A stretch of DNA of 64,000 bases, taken from the NCBI GenBank assembly GCA_000002435.2, contig CM018793.1; one strand, written 5' to 3'. The position numbers and the translations under genes are program-made. The notes beneath the pieces are model-generated. The model did not search any database and was not told where the DNA came from. It worked only from the letters and a program-made list of their open reading frames with translations. This DNA comes from Giardia intestinalis. Its lineage: Eukaryota. Shown here in pieces: positions 61,591 through 64,000 of this stretch (positions are counted from its first letter, which is position 1; each line of letters starts with the position of its first letter).

Positions 61591-62256
61591 TTAAGCGCGT
61601 TCACTCACAAGCTTCCTGGGCGGCATCCGCAAGTATGGATCTACAATACCCTCACTCTCGAGAAAAGATACTACCTCTGGATGCTGCCATCTATTGGCCA
61701 TATGGATGGCATCTACGCCACTTATGTCCCTCTCCTTCTCTAGTAGCAACTTGACACACTCCAGATGATCATGCCTTGCTGCAAGCACGAGGGCAGTATA
61801 ACCTCTGCCCTTCTGCATGCCGCCCTCAATCTTCAGGAGTAGTCTCACGACCTCGGTACGGCCAACAAGTGCCGCCCACATGAGGGCCGTCCACTCCTCA
61901 CTGTCCCTCATGCCGCCCTCGCACCTCATCAGCAGCTTCACCGCCTCAACGTGTCCAAGCGCTGCGGCGACCATCAGGGCCGTCCCTTCGCGTATTTTTA
62001 CTCTCCCTGCCTTGACAAACCTTGCCACCATCCTTGCCTGATAAGGGATGTAGTGCTTCACCGCTTTCACGTCGTTTCTGCTGGCTGCCTTCATAAGTGT
62101 GGTGACGCCGTCCTCATCCACGCTGCCTTCATCATCCATTTCTGAAGGCTCAGTTGGGTTTACTGCGCCCTCTTCGCTCATGTCCTTCTCTGGCGCGAGG
62201 GGCGGGGCGCAGTCGTGATCCTGAAGGAGTTGACCTGAATCATCCGCAGACGACAT
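61591..62256 (-). CDS. Ankyrin-repeat protein, 221 aa, acidic N-terminus
   Basis: It has repeats such as TALMVAAALGHVEAVKLLM, WTALMWAALVGRTEVVRLLL and YTALVLAARHDHLECVKLLL. Confidence 0.7.
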   Translation of the reverse strand: MSSADDSGQLLQDHDCAPPLAPEKDMSEEGAVNPTEPSEMDDEGSVDEDGVTTLMKAASRNDVKAVKHYIPYQARMVARFVKAGRVKIREGTALMVAAALGHVEAVKLLMRCEGGMRDSEEWTALMWAALVGRTEVVRLLLKIEGGMQKGRGYTALVLAARHDHLECVKLLLEKERDISGVDAIHMANRWQHPEVVSFLESEGIVDPYLRMPPRKLVSERA

Positions 62257-62705
62257 TTTTACTGCGGGTCACATAGAACGCGTGCTTTGTACTTCTAGGC
62301 CCTCATTTACGAGCGCATTCAGAGATTGCATGAGTGGGTTTCGCCTACTATGAAGGAAGACCAAGGGGAGGAGCGCCACTGGTAGATCACCTAGATTGAC
62401 CATACACACCGTACAGAACAACCGAAAAGGCGCCAAGCTCTGGATGCACTAACGGAAGGAATCCCCTCGCTATGCTATTATAACCAGCCTTCGTTTCTAG
62501 ACATGGTTAAGAAATAAGTGAGGTTTGCCCATGCGGTCTTAGGCCATACCCACAGGCGAGGCCCAATAGTACAGTCTTGGAAAGTTGCCAATTATCATGA
62601 GATGGTGTATTGTGACAAGATCTTAATGAGTAATTGCAATTAATCGTGAGGAAAGAGCTTCCACCAGAATAGAAAGTGGTTGAAGTTGCTTTAACCAAAA
62701 TCCTA

Positions 62706-63836
62706 ATGCCTGCCGAAGACGCAAAGAGAACTACTCAATGGTGCTTTTTTGACGTTGACGGAGTGCTAGTCCATGAGTGCGGAGTGGCATATGCGGGGTA
62801 CTGGCTTCAGCTAGAGGCTCTGCGCACGGGAGCAATCCCAGACAACTATATTAAGTTTCTCGAAATACCGGGTGATGTAAAGCGCCAGATCGACTCTCTC
62901 CGTCCCCATGTGAAAGGCCTACACTTCCGAAGAAAGATAGAAAAGATACATGCTTGTCTTGCTGAGGCAGGAGAGTCTGTAGTAGACCCCACGGTCTTGG
63001 ACCCTGTGACGCTCATCAAAGCCGTCATGGAGGCTCAACGGGCTTATATTCAGCACCATTTCCCTCCTGAAAACTACCGCGTTCCCGGCTCTGAAGACCT
63101 ACTGCGGGATCTGTCCAAGAAGTTTTTCATCTGCACTTTGACAGCCAACGACTTTGAACAGACGTCGTGGATTCTTCGATACGTAGGCCTGGATTCATAC
63201 TTTACGGAGCTTCTTTGCTATCGGGCCGAGGCTCCTGGCCTACAGACAAAGGAAGATCTGTTGAAAGACTTCCAAGTTCGGCATCCAGACGTCGACTTTA
63301 CACAGTGCATCGTCCTAGGTGATGGGGTCCCTGATGTTCGCGCTGGGGCTGCCATGGGATGCTTCACTATCGGCATCTGTAAGGATCCCGACGACTTTGC
63401 AAAGCTTGCAGAGGCCAATTTACTGGTTAATGTGGGAGACTACGCCATCATTCCAGCGCGCCTCCAGGCTCACAGGTTTATTGCAGATAGCAGTGGGCTA
63501 ACCTTCACCCCTCGCCACTGCAGCAAGCCGTGCGACCCCGACGCAGACTGCACCGTGGAGTTCTCCTGCCAGCAGAAGAACGCCCCCCAAGAGCTTTCTG
63601 CATGTGTGATCTGGGACATCGCCTGCAACGAGACAGAGACGCCGCTGGGGAGCGTCCGCAGAAGTCCGGAGGCAGCCCACACCTACAGGGTCCAGATTCC
63701 CCTAGGCGGCGCCCCCCGGAGCGCAGTGACCAACGTTGGGATGGTGGTGCTGCGCGACGGGGCCGCCGTCGTCCACAGACAGCTCTTTCGCGTGGCGTAC
63801 GTCGCAGAGAGCGCGGTCGCGCTGCAGCTACTGTGA
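62706..63836 (+). CDS. HAD-superfamily hydrolase, 376 aa, with a GC-rich C-terminal extension of uncertain reality
   Basis: It has HAD motif I FFDVDGVL and motif IV-like LGDGVPDVRAGAAMG. The first ATG is at 62706 with a ccaaaatcctaATG context, and the track start at 62676 is GTG. The last roughly 110 codons lie in GC-rich DNA with ORFs open in several frames. Confidence 0.6.
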   Translation: MPAEDAKRTTQWCFFDVDGVLVHECGVAYAGYWLQLEALRTGAIPDNYIKFLEIPGDVKRQIDSLRPHVKGLHFRRKIEKIHACLAEAGESVVDPTVLDPVTLIKAVMEAQRAYIQHHFPPENYRVPGSEDLLRDLSKKFFICTLTANDFEQTSWILRYVGLDSYFTELLCYRAEAPGLQTKEDLLKDFQVRHPDVDFTQCIVLGDGVPDVRAGAAMGCFTIGICKDPDDFAKLAEANLLVNVGDYAIIPARLQAHRFIADSSGLTFTPRHCSKPCDPDADCTVEFSCQQKNAPQELSACVIWDIACNETETPLGSVRRSPEAAHTYRVQIPLGGAPRSAVTNVGMVVLRDGAAVVHRQLFRVAYVAESAVALQLL

Positions 63837-64000
63837 GCCGGCGGGTTGAGTGAATGATCAGAGAAGCCGTTCGTCAGGGGTCAGACTGGGGCGGCGTAAT
63901 TCTCGTCATGGAGACTGCCTGCCTCACTTTTTTTCTTCCCAAATTGAATTTACAATACTTTTGATTTTATTGTAAAATTTGGGACCAGTGTGCGCATGCA

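Noticed and set aside
1-64000. Looked for CRISPR arrays, tRNA or rRNA genes, operon-like prokaryotic defence, toxin-antitoxin, or secretion loci.
   Set aside because: The window is eukaryotic (Giardia) by every signal seen. No short direct-repeat arrays, no tRNA T-loop or cloverleaf candidates in intergenic DNA, and no bacterial-type gene families were found.

Overview
The window reads as nuclear DNA from the diplomonad Giardia intestinalis (lamblia), not prokaryotic DNA; this is recognition from memory, no search was run. The evidence is an intact variant-specific surface protein (VSP) gene with the hallmark C-terminal TM helix plus invariant CRGKA tail, repeated CXXC and GGCY motifs, an AGTAAAC (AGTRAAY) poly(A) signal 13 nt after its stop, A/T-rich initiator contexts abutting most ATGs (e.g. 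ttaaaaaATG), and intergenic spacers of 11-200 bp. Note that many ORFs in the supplied track start at TTG/GTG/CTG (e.g. 7349, 20923, 43447, 62676, 52880, 56625). I re-anchored those genes to the first in-frame ATG that has an AT-rich initiator. The track also omits an ORF truncated by the window edge, the CCT-eta gene at 1..1658 on the minus strand. Gene content: about 30 protein-coding genes on both strands. Recognisable products are TCP-1/CCT eta, an Rpb3/AC40-family RNA polymerase subunit, two identical vsp genes, glucosamine-6-phosphate N-acetyltransferase (GNA1-like), a 2199-aa protein kinase, Mnd1 (meiotic), ankyrin-repeat proteins, dynein light chain Roadblock/LC7, a ZIP metal transporter, a Myb/SANT-like protein, mitosomal-type IscU, two NEK-type kinases, a DCAF7/WDR68-type WD40 protein, a HAD hydrolase, and many lineage-specific hypotheticals. 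The dominant structure is a 15.2-kb palindrome (2936..18175). It has two 6.75-kb near-identical inverted arms, each carrying one vsp gene plus a 4.4-kb GC-rich ORF-poor block, around a 1.75-kb A-depleted unique centre; the vsp genes are convergent (tail-to-tail). I found no CRISPR array, no rRNA/tRNA gene, no intact transposon ORF, and no prokaryote-style defence or secretion system. The most unusual biology I can support is the palindromic vsp locus, with its implications for antisense/dsRNA production, gene conversion and inversion, and the two large ORF-poor GC-rich blocks in an otherwise extremely compact genome.
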